Shown here piece by piece: positions 47,220 through 57,514 of a stretch of 64,000 nt of DNA. The stretch covers positions 77,747 to 141,746 of the forward strand of contig CAUSCF010000003.1 of the NCBI GenBank assembly GCA_963530295.1. The letters run 5' to 3'. Numbering within the stretch: the stretch's first letter is position 1; each line of letters opens with the position of its first letter. The notes beneath the pieces are model-generated. The model was not told where the DNA came from and ran no database searches. It saw nothing but the letters and a program-made list of their open reading frames with translations. Made by a program: the position numbers and the translations under genes. This DNA comes from an uncultured Flavobacteriaceae bacterium. Lineage in GTDB: Bacteria; Bacteroidota; Bacteroidia; Flavobacteriales; Weeksellaceae.

Positions 47220-47936
47220 TTATAAAGTTCCGAATAATGATTTTAATTTTAATTTAATAACACCAAAAATGGCTTCGGTGATGATACCGCCGTTCATCTT
47301 CGATTCTCCCTGCGTTCTGTCAGTGAAGATGATAGGAATTTCTACTAATTTTAGACCTTTTTTGAATGCGCGATATTTCATCTCAACCTGAAAACCATAG
47401 CCTTTTAGTCTGATTTTGTCTAAACCGATGTTTTCCAGTGCTTTTCTCGAAAAACAAACAAAACCAGCTGTGGTGTCATGAATAGGAATTCCTAAAATAA
47501 ATCTCACATATTTAGACGCGAAATAAGACAGCAGCACCCTGCTCATGGGCCAATTGACCACATTCACGCCCTTGCAGTATCTAGAACCTATGGACATATC
47601 GGCATTTTGACAGGCTTCCAATAATTTTGGTAAGTCATTGGGATTGTGTGAGAAATCAGCATCCATCTCAAAAATATAATCATAATTATGACGAAGTGCC
47701 CAGCCAAAGCCGTGCAGATAAGCCTTTCCTAAACCATTTTTAGCTTTTCTAACGCTCAAATGGAGATGTGCAGGAAACTCATTTTGAAGGGTTTTTACAA
47801 TCTCCGCAGTGCCGTCAGGAGAGGAATCGTCCACGACTAAAATATGAAAATCTTGTCCCAAAGAAAATATAGCCGAAATAATATCTCGGATATTTTCTTT
47901 CTCGTTGTAAGTAGGGATAATAACTAACTTTTTCAT
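47220..47936 (-). CDS. polyprenol monophosphomannose synthase (GT2 glycosyltransferase)
   Basis: 238 aa. IIPTYNEKENI, VVDDSSPDGT and EMDADFSH motifs. Confidence 0.88.
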   Translation of the reverse strand: MKKLVIIPTYNEKENIRDIISAIFSLGQDFHILVVDDSSPDGTAEIVKTLQNEFPAHLHLSVRKAKNGLGKAYLHGFGWALRHNYDYIFEMDADFSHNPNDLPKLLEACQNADMSIGSRYCKGVNVVNWPMSRVLLSYFASKYVRFILGIPIHDTTAGFVCFSRKALENIGLDKIRLKGYGFQVEMKYRAFKKGLKLVEIPIIFTDRTQGESKMNGGIITEAIFGVIKLKLKSLFGTL

Positions 47937-48023
47937 TCAGAATAAGGTGCAAATATAATCTTTTTTAAATCTTCAGGTTTAAAAATAATATAAAACCTTA
48001 TTTTTGTTGAAAAATTTTTTTGA

Positions 48024-48665
48024 GTGGTTAGAATCGTTGAAAACCATGATTGGGTTATTTTTACCCTTCTTGGGCTAGGAGTAGTATATTTGATTTTGTT
48101 TAACTGGGTACAGAAAGAGGTTTCCTTCAGGGAATATCTTTTGCAGTCTTATGGAGAGGCTCAGAATAATCTGCTCAGTTGGGTATTTGTCAGTTGTGTT
48201 TTTATTGTCAGTCAAGCTCTTTTGTTGGCTCAGTATATTCCCATTGTTCCTCGTTATATATCGGACAATGATATTTCGGGCTGGGTTCCTAATAAGATAG
48301 GATTTATGATAATAATCCTGAGTGCTTATTATTTACTAAAAGCGCTCATTACTTTATTGTTTTATAGAGCGGTTACCCGACCTAAAAAATGGATGGTTCT
48401 GGGATTCATTGCTCAGCGGTTTTATTTTGTAGAATCTCTTTTAATAATGCTGGCTGTAATTGTCCATTACTACTTAGGAGTTGATAAGCAGCGGGTTTAC
48501 CTTGTGTATGTAATTACAGGATTGGTCTTTTTTGTCATAAAAAATATATGTTATTTTCTCCATAAAGAAAAGCCTTTGCCAGAGGAGTGGTATTATAAAA
48601 TTTTGTATATTTGCACGCTCCAAATTTTGCCTATGCTGGCGGTTTGGAAGTTTGTATTTTTATGA
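48024..48665 (+). CDS. DUF4271-like membrane protein
   Basis: 213 aa, GTG start, multi-TM. Sits upstream of hemD, as is commonly seen in Bacteroidota. Confidence 0.6.
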   Translation: MVRIVENHDWVIFTLLGLGVVYLILFNWVQKEVSFREYLLQSYGEAQNNLLSWVFVSCVFIVSQALLLAQYIPIVPRYISDNDISGWVPNKIGFMIIILSAYYLLKALITLLFYRAVTRPKKWMVLGFIAQRFYFVESLLIMLAVIVHYYLGVDKQRVYLVYVITGLVFFVIKNICYFLHKEKPLPEEWYYKILYICTLQILPMLAVWKFVFL

Positions 48666-48679
48666 ACCTATAAGGATAA

Positions 48680-49423
48680 ATGATGAAAGTAAGGTCAATA
48701 TTGGTATCACAACCAGCACCAAGTGCAGAATCTTCTCCATATTTGGAGCTTTTAAAAAGGGAAAAAATAAAGGTGGATTTCCGTTCCTTTATACAAGTAG
48801 CGGGAGTAGATGCAAGGGAGTTCAGACAGCAAAAAATAGATATTTCACAGTATACAGGGATAATATTCACAAGTAGAGGAGCTATTGACCATTATTTTAG
48901 ATTGGCAGAAGAGCTTCGTTTCCAAGTGCCAGACAGCATGAGATATATCTGTCAATCTGAAGCTGTAGCGAACTATTTGCAAAAACATATTGTTTACAGA
49001 AAGAGAAAAATAAGTTTTGGAGAGAAAACAGTGGCAGATATGCTGCCTTTGTTCAAAAAATTTCCAGATGAAAAATACCTTCTGCCGTGTTCTGATGTGA
49101 TGGGAGATGATATCCCTAAGGTTTTGGATAGCTCTGGAATAGACTGGACAAAAGCAGTGATGTACAAAACGGTAAGCAGTGACTTGTCTGATGTAAAACT
49201 TAAGGATTATGACATGCTGGTGTTTTTCAGTCCGCAGGGAATAAAATCTTTATTCAAGAATTTTGAAGATTTTAAACAAGGAGACAAAAAAATAGGTGTC
49301 TTTGGTGAGGGAACCAGACTGGCTGCGGAAGAAGCAGGATTGCGCGTGGATGTAATGGCGCCTACAAAGGAAACTCCTTCTATGGCTATGGCAATAGAAA
49401 AATATATTGCAAATAGTAAATAA
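48680..49423 (+). CDS. hemD: uroporphyrinogen-III synthase
   Basis: 247 aa. HemD-like two-lobe pattern (IIFTSRGAIDHYF, LVFFSPQGIKS). Confidence 0.8.
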   Translation: MMKVRSILVSQPAPSAESSPYLELLKREKIKVDFRSFIQVAGVDAREFRQQKIDISQYTGIIFTSRGAIDHYFRLAEELRFQVPDSMRYICQSEAVANYLQKHIVYRKRKISFGEKTVADMLPLFKKFPDEKYLLPCSDVMGDDIPKVLDSSGIDWTKAVMYKTVSSDLSDVKLKDYDMLVFFSPQGIKSLFKNFEDFKQGDKKIGVFGEGTRLAAEEAGLRVDVMAPTKETPSMAMAIEKYIANSK

Positions 49424-49506
49424 ATAGCTAAGATTATTTTATTTGTGCTATTCTATTTCCTATGAAATGATGGATAAAAGGATGACTAAACGAACGCTTT
49501 GAAATA

Positions 49507-51444
49507 ATGAAAAACCTTCGGATAACAGAGTATAAAGTTCTCTTTTACAGATTGTTTTTAGTATATCTGTTTTATTTTTTTGTACGCCTTACCTTTTACG
49601 GATTTAATAAGGAATATCTTTCCGTTTCGGGGGTTGGAGACTTTTTTCGATTGGCTTTCTATGGTCTTCTTTTTGATACGGCGGCCATTATTTATATTAA
49701 TTTATTGTTTATTTTCCTGAGCATAATTCCAATTCTTATCAATACGAAACCCAAATACCAAAAAGTGCTGTTTTGGGTGTATTTTCTGTTTAATATTCCT
49801 GCTTATATGCTCAATTTTGTAGATACGGCATATTTTTCTTATAATAAAACGCGCCTTACTACTAATGACTGGGGGCTGATTCAAAATGAAAACAACCCTA
49901 TCGGTCTTTTGGGCGGGTTTTTAGTGCAGTATAGAATGATATTCTTAAGTTTCTTGCTTTTATGTGGATTATGGATTTTTCTTTATAGAAAGGAGGGAAT
50001 TGCTGAACAGCGTATTCTTAATAGGAAAAAGTACTTTATTACCTCTATTCTTGTTATTGTAATGTTTGTACCTACCTTAATCTTCGGAATACGCGGAATG
50101 TCTTTTAAAAGAGGGGTTGTTCCACTTACTGTAATGGACGCTAATAAGTATGCAGAAGATATTTCTCAAGTAAATATTTTACTAAATACTCCATTTACTA
50201 TTTTTCGTACGATGGGTAAAAATAAAGGTTTTCAAGAATATAAATTTACAACACAAGATTATATTACAGAGAACATTAAACCCATAAAACAGTATAATCG
50301 CCAAGTTCTTGAAAAACCAAATGTTGTTCTGATTATTCTTGAAGGAATGGGAGCAGAGTATTTTGGAATAATGAACAAAAACACCAATATTCCTAATTAT
50401 AAATCTTATACACCATTTCTGGATTCTTTGGCTCAGCAGGGTTTCTATTTCACAAATATCTATTCCAATAGCATCCATTCTATTGAGGGAATCTCTGCCG
50501 TAACAGCAGGTATGCCCACTTTTGAAAAGGCTTTTGTGCAGTCTGCTTATTCACAGAGAAAACTATCATCAGTTGCTAATATAGCACGAAAATTGGGCTA
50601 TCAAACAATGTTTGCCCATGGAGCGACCAATGGTTCTATGAATTTTAATGGATTTACTAAACAGATAGGATATGAATCTTATTTAGGGCGCACAGAATTT
50701 AACGATGAGCGTTTTTATAATGGCAGCTGGGGAATAGATGATGAACCTTTCTTACAATATTTCGCTAAAGAAGTAAACAAGATGCACTCTCCTTTTTTAG
50801 CAACGGTTTTTACACTTTCTTCTCATGACCCATATACCGTGCCGGAGAAATATAAAAACCGCTTTAATAGAGGAGATATGCCAATGCATAATGTAGTGGA
50901 GTATACCGATTTTTCTATAAAAAAATTCTTTGAAACGGTGCATAAAGAAGAATGGTATCACAATACTATCTTTGTTATTATTCCGGATCATACCATTAAA
51001 AATTTTTATGGTTATTATAGCCAAAAAATACCGCATTATAAAATACCCATTATCCTTTTTAGTCCTAATAAAAACCTTATCCCACAAGGGACTTCCGATG
51101 TGTTAGGACAGCAAATAGATATTTTTCCAACAATTGTTGATCTGATTGGATACCAAAAACCTTTCCGCTCGTGGGGGCGTAGTTTAATGTCTGATAAAAA
51201 CGAGACGCCTCGTGCTTTTGTTACCAATACCAATTTTTACCAGCTTATTCAGGGGAATTATATTTATGTTTTGGATACTAAGGGAGAAACCATTGGTATC
51301 TATGACAAGGAAGATATCAATCTTACTAAGAATCTTAAAGACAAACCGCTTAATAATGAAATGAAAAAAGGCGTTGCTGATATGCGGGCATTTATGCAGG
51401 ATTTTATGGATAGAATTATTAATGATAAGTTGGATAACCACTAA
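49507..51444 (+). CDS. LTA synthase family protein (membrane-anchored sulfatase-fold transferase)
   Basis: 645 aa. N-terminal TM domain plus an extracytoplasmic sulfatase fold (NVVLIILEGMG, SSHDPY). Confidence 0.8.
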   Translation: MKNLRITEYKVLFYRLFLVYLFYFFVRLTFYGFNKEYLSVSGVGDFFRLAFYGLLFDTAAIIYINLLFIFLSIIPILINTKPKYQKVLFWVYFLFNIPAYMLNFVDTAYFSYNKTRLTTNDWGLIQNENNPIGLLGGFLVQYRMIFLSFLLLCGLWIFLYRKEGIAEQRILNRKKYFITSILVIVMFVPTLIFGIRGMSFKRGVVPLTVMDANKYAEDISQVNILLNTPFTIFRTMGKNKGFQEYKFTTQDYITENIKPIKQYNRQVLEKPNVVLIILEGMGAEYFGIMNKNTNIPNYKSYTPFLDSLAQQGFYFTNIYSNSIHSIEGISAVTAGMPTFEKAFVQSAYSQRKLSSVANIARKLGYQTMFAHGATNGSMNFNGFTKQIGYESYLGRTEFNDERFYNGSWGIDDEPFLQYFAKEVNKMHSPFLATVFTLSSHDPYTVPEKYKNRFNRGDMPMHNVVEYTDFSIKKFFETVHKEEWYHNTIFVIIPDHTIKNFYGYYSQKIPHYKIPIILFSPNKNLIPQGTSDVLGQQIDIFPTIVDLIGYQKPFRSWGRSLMSDKNETPRAFVTNTNFYQLIQGNYIYVLDTKGETIGIYDKEDINLTKNLKDKPLNNEMKKGVADMRAFMQDFMDRIINDKLDNH

Positions 51445-51481
51445 GAAAGTTGAGCGGATTTACCATTAAATCAAAAAAAGA

Positions 51482-52120
51482 ATAAAAGCATTAGTCATCG
51501 GTGCTACGGGAGCGACAGGAAAGGAGTTGGTCGCACAGCTGTTAGAAGATGAGGCTTTTACGGATGTGCATATTTTCGTGCGCAGGGCTTATAATTGTCA
51601 AAATCCCAAGCTATACACACATATTATTGATTTTGAAAAACCACAAACATGGGCGGCTTTGCTTCATGGTGATGTGGCTTTCTCTTGTCTTGGGATTACT
51701 CTTGCACAAGCAGGAAGCAAAGAGGCGCAGTGGCAGGTAGATTACGATTATCAGCTACATTTTGCGGAAAACTGCAGTAAAAATCATGTCAAAACCTTTG
51801 TGCTGGTATCCGCAGCAAGGGCAGATGCAAAGTCTGCTATATACTACTCTAAAATGAAAGGCATGCTGGAAGATGTTGTAAAAAAACTCCCTTTTGACCG
51901 ACTTTTTATTTTACAGCCATCTATTTTGGAAAGAAATGATTCCAGCCGTTTAGGAGAAAATTTCAGCCTTAAAGCCATCAAATTATTCAATAAAATAGGA
52001 CTATTCCGTAAATACCGCCCGATATCCACAGCTGTATTAGCCCAAAAGATGATAAAACTTGCCAAAACAGAGCAAAAAGGCATAAAGACTATTGCCTTGG
52101 AGCAGATATTCAAGGTGTGA
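51482..52120 (+). CDS. NAD(P)H-binding Rossmann-fold oxidoreductase; no canonical start codon ahead of the glycine-rich motif
   Basis: The frame is open from 51470. (ATA)KALVIGATGATGKELV is encoded at 51482-51529, but the first canonical start is TTG 51527. Start placed provisionally at ATA 51482. Confidence 0.55.
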   Translation: MKALVIGATGATGKELVAQLLEDEAFTDVHIFVRRAYNCQNPKLYTHIIDFEKPQTWAALLHGDVAFSCLGITLAQAGSKEAQWQVDYDYQLHFAENCSKNHVKTFVLVSAARADAKSAIYYSKMKGMLEDVVKKLPFDRLFILQPSILERNDSSRLGENFSLKAIKLFNKIGLFRKYRPISTAVLAQKMIKLAKTEQKGIKTIALEQIFKV

Positions 52121-52139
52121 TGTTTCTTTTAAGTCTATT

Positions 52140-53449
52140 TTAAAAACGAAATTTACCCGAAATCTTACTAAAAACAGCCGCTGTTACGAAGACGACAAAT
52201 GAAGGGAGGAGCCATTCTAAGTTGTAATCGCTTAGCGGCAGATGTTCCTTCCAGTCGTATAGATGGTGCATTTCGGTTCCCATATTCCTTAAACTTGAAA
52301 TAAGTGAAAGCAAGGCCGTGGTCAAGATACTCATAATGTAAGGCAGCCGGCTGCTCACGAACTTTTCAAACAAAAGCACATATAAAATAAGCGTAAAGAC
52401 AATAGGGTAGATAAACAGCAAGATATGTATAGCGTAATCTATAATGCTGTCCACACTATTGATAGAAAGCACCGCCGAAATAAGAGAGCTTGCTATCACC
52501 CCTGTCTTATAGGAAATAAAGTTTTGAGTCAATTCTTCAAAAAAAGCCCCTACTGCCGAAGTCAGTGCAATAGCAGTCGTTAGACAAGCCAAAGCAATCG
52601 CTATGGCAATACTGATGCTTCCCCAGCGACCTAATATAGAATGTGAAATATGCAGCAGCAGATCCGTGCGGGAGACTTGTTTGCTCAGCGGATAAGCGGA
52701 TAATCAGTTACTGCTCCCAGATAAATAAGCCCGCCGTAGATAACCAGCAGACAAAGAGTAGAGACTGCTCCCGCGAAAAAGGTTACAGAAGTCCGCTCAT
52801 GGCGTTTAGTGTAGCCCTTGTCCGTTACCGCCCTGATGATGATGCCTGCAAATATCACCGAAGCCAAAACATCCAAAGTCTGGTAGCCTTCAGTAAAACC
52901 AAAAATAAAACTCTCGGCAGAAGTATGCGTGGCAGGTGTTTCAGCAGAGGGAGCTTGCAAAATGCCCAATACTATCAATAAAGCCAAAACAACCAAAAGA
53001 AAAGGCGTTAAAAATTTACCAATAATATCTACAATCTTTGACTTTGAAAGAGAAAGAGCCAGCACCAATCCAAAGAAAATCACAGCAAACACCTTTTTTG
53101 ACAAACTCGGAAATAAAGGTTCTATACCAACCTCAAATGTCGTAGCAGCAGTGCGCGGAATAGCTACCAAAGGGCCTATACATAGAATAACTAGTAAAGT
53201 AATAATTTTAATAAGCAGCGGATGTGTTTTCTGCCTTAAGTCCGTAAAGTTTGTACCTGCTTTCGCCACCATCAGCACCCCCAGAAAAGGAGCAATAATA
53301 GCTGTAATAAAAAAGCCAGCCAATGCTATCAGCCATTCACTTCCTGTCTCCAAACCTATAAAAGGAGGCAGAATAAGATTTCCAGCACCAAAAAACATCG
53401 CAAACAAGGCAAACCCAACCATAATAATAGTATTCAGCTTTGATTTCAT
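52140..53449 (-). pseudogene. brnQ: branched-chain amino acid transport system II carrier (BrnQ), frameshifted
   Basis: Two collinear ORFs (53449-52685 and 52592-52140). The N-terminus FGAGNLILPPFIG is typical of BrnQ. The frame is restored by removing one copy of an 8-bp duplication. Confidence 0.85.
52688..52703. repeat. perfect 8-bp tandem duplication GCGGATAA x2 inside brnQ
   Basis: Read directly: gcggataagcggataa. Confidence 0.95.
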
Positions 53450-53734
53450 AAGTTTTTACAGAAAAAAGTAAAAAAAGAAGCAACTAAAAGCAAATAATGT
53501 AACAAATAAAGGTATTATCTTTCAAAAAAACAAATTTTATTTAAAATACATCACATTTTATAAATAAAAAAGAAGAAATATAAATTTTTTATTAAAATAA
53601 TTGAAAAACTTTCAGTTCCTTATATTTTTAATCAAAATCTTTTAATAACTATTGCTGAAGGATTTTTTGATAAAACTATTGAAAATTGAATGAAAACCTT
53701 TCACTATCTTTGTCGCCTTTAAAGGTTAAAACCT

Positions 53735-55780
53735 ATGAAACAACCACAAGCCGAAAAGATAGAAAAGAAACTCAGCATACACGGAGACCAGAGAATAGAC
53801 AACTACTACTGGCTCAATGAGAGAGAGAACCCAGAGGTCATCGCCTATTTAGAGGAGGAAAATGCCTATTGTAATTTCATCATGAAGGACACAGAACCGC
53901 TCCAAGAGGAACTCTTCCAAGAAATGAAAGCCCGCTACAAAGAAGATGATGAGAGCCTGCCTTATTTCTTTAATCAATACTGGTATATCACCCGCTATCA
54001 CAAGGGTGGAGAATATCCTGTTTTTTACAGAAAATACCAATCATTAGAGAACGAAGAAGAGCTTTTGCTCGATGTAAATATTTTAGCTCAAAACCATGAT
54101 TTCTACGATGTGGGCGGAATTTCCGTTTCGCTGGATAATACACTTCTCGCCTATTCGGAAGATATTACAGGAAGGCGAATTTATACCATCCAAATAAAGG
54201 ATTTAAAACAAGAAAAAAACTTCTCGGAAGCGATAGAAAACACCACAGGGAAAATAGTCTGGGCGAATGACAATGAGCATTTTTTCTACATCAGAAAAGA
54301 TGAAAGCCTTCGTGCGTTTCAGGTTTTTCGGCATAAGGTAGGAACACCGCAGGAAGAAGATGTTTTGATTTTCCATGAAAAAGATGAAGCTTTTGATGTA
54401 GGCGTTTTTAAAACCAAATCTTTGGAGTATATTTTTATCGTGAGTTCTTCTACGATTTCAGATGAGCATAGATTTATCCCTGCTGATAATGTTTTTGCGG
54501 AATGGAAACTTTTCCAAAAAAGGGAAGAAAATTTAGAATATGCTGTAGAACATTACCAGAACGACTTTTATGTTTTGACCAATGAAGGAAAAGCCACCAA
54601 TTTTAAACTGATGAAAACGTCACTTTCGCAGACGGAAAAAGAACATTGGCAGGAACTGATTCCTCACAGAAAAGAGGTGCTTTTGGAAGGGTTTGAGATA
54701 TTCAAAAATTATTTGGTTCTCGAAGAAAGAGAAAGAGGACTTCTTCAGATTAAAATCATTGACAACCAGTCGGGTAAATCATGGTATTTGCCATTTAATG
54801 ACCCTACTTATACGGCTTATATCGGATTAAATTTAGAGTTTGATACCGAAACCTTGCGCTATGGCTATGTCTCCATGACTACGCCTAACTCTACCTATGA
54901 GTACAATATGAAAACTCAAACCACTAAACTGCTGAAACAGCAGGAAGTTTTGGGCGGAAAATTCCATAGTGAAAACTATATTTCCGAAAGAGTCTGGGCG
55001 CCTTCCCGAGATGGGAAATCCAGCATACCGATTTCTTTGGTCTATCATAAAGACACGAAAAAATCTGCTGAAACACCGCTCCTGCTCTATGGCTATGGCA
55101 GCTATGGGCATACTGTGGATGCTGCGTTTTCCAGCGTGAGGCTTTCTCTTTTGGATAGAGGCTTTGTCTATGCGATTGCCCACATCAGAGGAGGAGAATA
55201 TTTAGGGCGAGAGTGGTATGAAGATGGGAAAATGCTCCACAAGAAAAATACTTTTTATGATTTCATAGATGCAGCAAGATTTTTGGTTAAAGAGAATTAT
55301 ACTTCGCCAGAGCATCTCTACGCCATGGGCGGAAGTGCAGGAGGGCTTCTGATGGGTGCTGTGATGAATGAAGCAGCAGAGCTGTTCTGTGGCATCGTGG
55401 CGCAGGTGCCGTTTGTGGATGTGGTCACCACTATGCTGGACGAGACTATTCCGCTCACTACAGGGGAATATGATGAATGGGGAAATCCTAATGAAAAGGA
55501 ATATTATGATTATATGAAATCCTATTCTCCTTATGACAATGTGGAAGCTAAGGATTATCCTAATATTCTCATTACCACGGGACTGCATGACAGCCAAGTG
55601 CAGTACTGGGAACCAGCCAAATGGACAGCCAAGCTGAGAGAGCTGAAAACAGATAATAATCTTCTGCTTTTCAAAACGGATATGACCTCTGGGCACGGCG
55701 GCGCTTCGGGGCGTTTCGAGAGCTTGAAGGAGGATGCTTTGGAGTATGCGTTTTTATTGAAATTAGAAAAGAAAGTTTGA
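53735..55780 (+). CDS. ptrB: oligopeptidase B (S9A prolyl oligopeptidase family)
   Basis: 681 aa. N-terminal beta-propeller. Catalytic GGSAGGLLMG, and C-terminal D and H blocks (GLHDSQV, SGHGG). Confidence 0.88.
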   Translation: MKQPQAEKIEKKLSIHGDQRIDNYYWLNERENPEVIAYLEEENAYCNFIMKDTEPLQEELFQEMKARYKEDDESLPYFFNQYWYITRYHKGGEYPVFYRKYQSLENEEELLLDVNILAQNHDFYDVGGISVSLDNTLLAYSEDITGRRIYTIQIKDLKQEKNFSEAIENTTGKIVWANDNEHFFYIRKDESLRAFQVFRHKVGTPQEEDVLIFHEKDEAFDVGVFKTKSLEYIFIVSSSTISDEHRFIPADNVFAEWKLFQKREENLEYAVEHYQNDFYVLTNEGKATNFKLMKTSLSQTEKEHWQELIPHRKEVLLEGFEIFKNYLVLEERERGLLQIKIIDNQSGKSWYLPFNDPTYTAYIGLNLEFDTETLRYGYVSMTTPNSTYEYNMKTQTTKLLKQQEVLGGKFHSENYISERVWAPSRDGKSSIPISLVYHKDTKKSAETPLLLYGYGSYGHTVDAAFSSVRLSLLDRGFVYAIAHIRGGEYLGREWYEDGKMLHKKNTFYDFIDAARFLVKENYTSPEHLYAMGGSAGGLLMGAVMNEAAELFCGIVAQVPFVDVVTTMLDETIPLTTGEYDEWGNPNEKEYYDYMKSYSPYDNVEAKDYPNILITTGLHDSQVQYWEPAKWTAKLRELKTDNNLLLFKTDMTSGHGGASGRFESLKEDALEYAFLLKLEKKV

Positions 55781-55867
55781 TTTTCTTTAATGACAATTTG
55801 GGTTTTAATTTTTTGAGCCAGCGGACAGATGAAAGAAAAAAATTATCTTTACATAAAATTATAAAGA

Positions 55868-57031
55868 ATGCGAAAGATTAAAAACATACTTTTTTACTCT
55901 ATTTTAGTAAGTTTTTTGTATTCGTGCAAAGTTTCGGAAATGGTGAAAATTGATGATATCACCACTCTGAATGGTAGATATTATACAAAATCAATCCCTC
56001 ACAAAGAGCAACAAGGGGAATATCAAAACCACTTGCTGAGGTTGTTAAATGTGATAGAGGACATTCGCCCTTCTTATTATATAGATTTTGAATTTGAGGA
56101 TAATGAAAAACTGAAAATCTCTTATCCCATTTATAGAAATGACATGACTTTGGTAGAAACCAGATATCTTCATGGTAAAAAAAGGAGAAAATATTGGGAA
56201 GTTTATTTTGAGAATGAAAGTGTAAACATTCCGCTTATTTATGGGCGAGTCATAAAGGATAGGGTAAGAATAGGAAAGAACACTAAAAACCAGCTTTTGA
56301 TGGAAAAATTCACCAATAATGAAGGTTGGGTACTCTTTTTAGGAGATGGTTATGAACTAAAATCTAAAAATGTTTTTTATCATTATGAAGACTATCCCAA
56401 AATGAAGCCTTTTGTGGAAAATGGGCTTTGGGGAGTTGTGTATAATGGAGAAACCATTGTGCAGCCTAAGTATGAGATAACAGAAGTCTTTGAGCAAAAA
56501 TACATTAAAGCAAAAATTAACGGAAAATGGTCTCTTTTAGACAAAGAAGGAAAAGTGATTATCCCTCCGAAATATGATGATATTTCAGATATTGATAAAG
56601 AAACAAAATCTGTGTTTTATGTTGTAAAAGATGAAAAAGCAGGGCTAGTCAATATGCAAGGCGAAGAGATTACTCCCATAAGCTATGATGCGATAAGCGA
56701 AGGTGAAAAAGTAGTTTTTATACTGACACAGGGAAATTTCCGTGGAGTTCTTTTTAAGCAAAAAATATTAGTGCCTCCTATTTATGAAAATATCAGTGGT
56801 TATGCGATAAAAACAGGACTATATAAAAATATGAAGCCAGGCAGAAGGTACTATGATGCACAGAGAGATGGCAAAAAATATGTCTTAGATGACCAAGGGA
56901 ACGAATATGAACTAGAAGAAACCGAAATCCAAAATATAGGCAAGGCATTACTATATGGCTGGTCTGGACCAAGATATTCCATTAAGCAGGAAACTAAAAG
57001 AAAAGTTTCGCTAGATGAATGGAAAAAATAA
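55868..57031 (+). CDS. WG-repeat-containing lipoprotein
   Basis: 387 aa. Lipobox SFLYSC. Repeats of the NGLWGVV...PKYE and NGKWSLLDKEGKVIIPPKYD type. Confidence 0.7.
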   Translation: MRKIKNILFYSILVSFLYSCKVSEMVKIDDITTLNGRYYTKSIPHKEQQGEYQNHLLRLLNVIEDIRPSYYIDFEFEDNEKLKISYPIYRNDMTLVETRYLHGKKRRKYWEVYFENESVNIPLIYGRVIKDRVRIGKNTKNQLLMEKFTNNEGWVLFLGDGYELKSKNVFYHYEDYPKMKPFVENGLWGVVYNGETIVQPKYEITEVFEQKYIKAKINGKWSLLDKEGKVIIPPKYDDISDIDKETKSVFYVVKDEKAGLVNMQGEEITPISYDAISEGEKVVFILTQGNFRGVLFKQKILVPPIYENISGYAIKTGLYKNMKPGRRYYDAQRDGKKYVLDDQGNEYELEETEIQNIGKALLYGWSGPRYSIKQETKRKVSLDEWKK

Positions 57032-57049
57032 TTGTAGAAAGAAAAAATC

Positions 57050-57400
57050 ATGAATGAAGCAGAAATCTGGAAGCAAGTAGAGGAATTTTTTGTGAAAAAT
57101 TTTGATACAGAAAAAAATCCTCCGGTAGAGATATTATTGTTCTTAATAGGAATACGTGAACTGGGAAGCGGCTGGCAGAAATACTCAAAAGATGATAAAA
57201 TCAATCTGATACACATTGCAGTGTGTAGGCTGCTGGAGCCTTTTGGTTATTATAAATTTGAGGGTTATGATGAAGACGGCTGGCCTAAATATAAAATCCT
57301 AGAAAATCTACCAGAACTAAGGGCAAATGAGCAACAGATACTCATGAAGAAAGCCATAATTCAGTATTTCATAGATGAAGATTTGTTAGAAAAAAAATAG
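57050..57400 (+). CDS. hypothetical protein
   Basis: 116 aa ORF in tight spacing after the WG-repeat gene. No family recognised. Confidence 0.5.
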   Translation: MNEAEIWKQVEEFFVKNFDTEKNPPVEILLFLIGIRELGSGWQKYSKDDKINLIHIAVCRLLEPFGYYKFEGYDEDGWPKYKILENLPELRANEQQILMKKAIIQYFIDEDLLEKK

Positions 57401-57514
57401 ATTTTATGAAAAATATTTTGTTAAATATTTCGTTTTTAACATATTATTTCTAATATTTGTGGTATAAAATTTGTTTATACATAATAAAGTAGATATTTTA
57501 ACAAAATATTGTAG

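Noticed and set aside
52643-53471. Plus-strand ORFs (112 aa and 180 aa) antisense to brnQ
   Set aside because: They are shadow ORFs opposite a gene with a strong BrnQ signature. Their translations are compositionally odd and have no motifs.
55202-55696. 164-aa minus-strand ORF inside the oligopeptidase B gene (similar antisense ORFs at 54833-55183, 19673-20224 and 20495-20896)
   Set aside because: They lie antisense to well-supported genes with catalytic motifs. There are no ribosome-binding or promoter cues, and they are Cys/His/Arg-rich nonsense translations.
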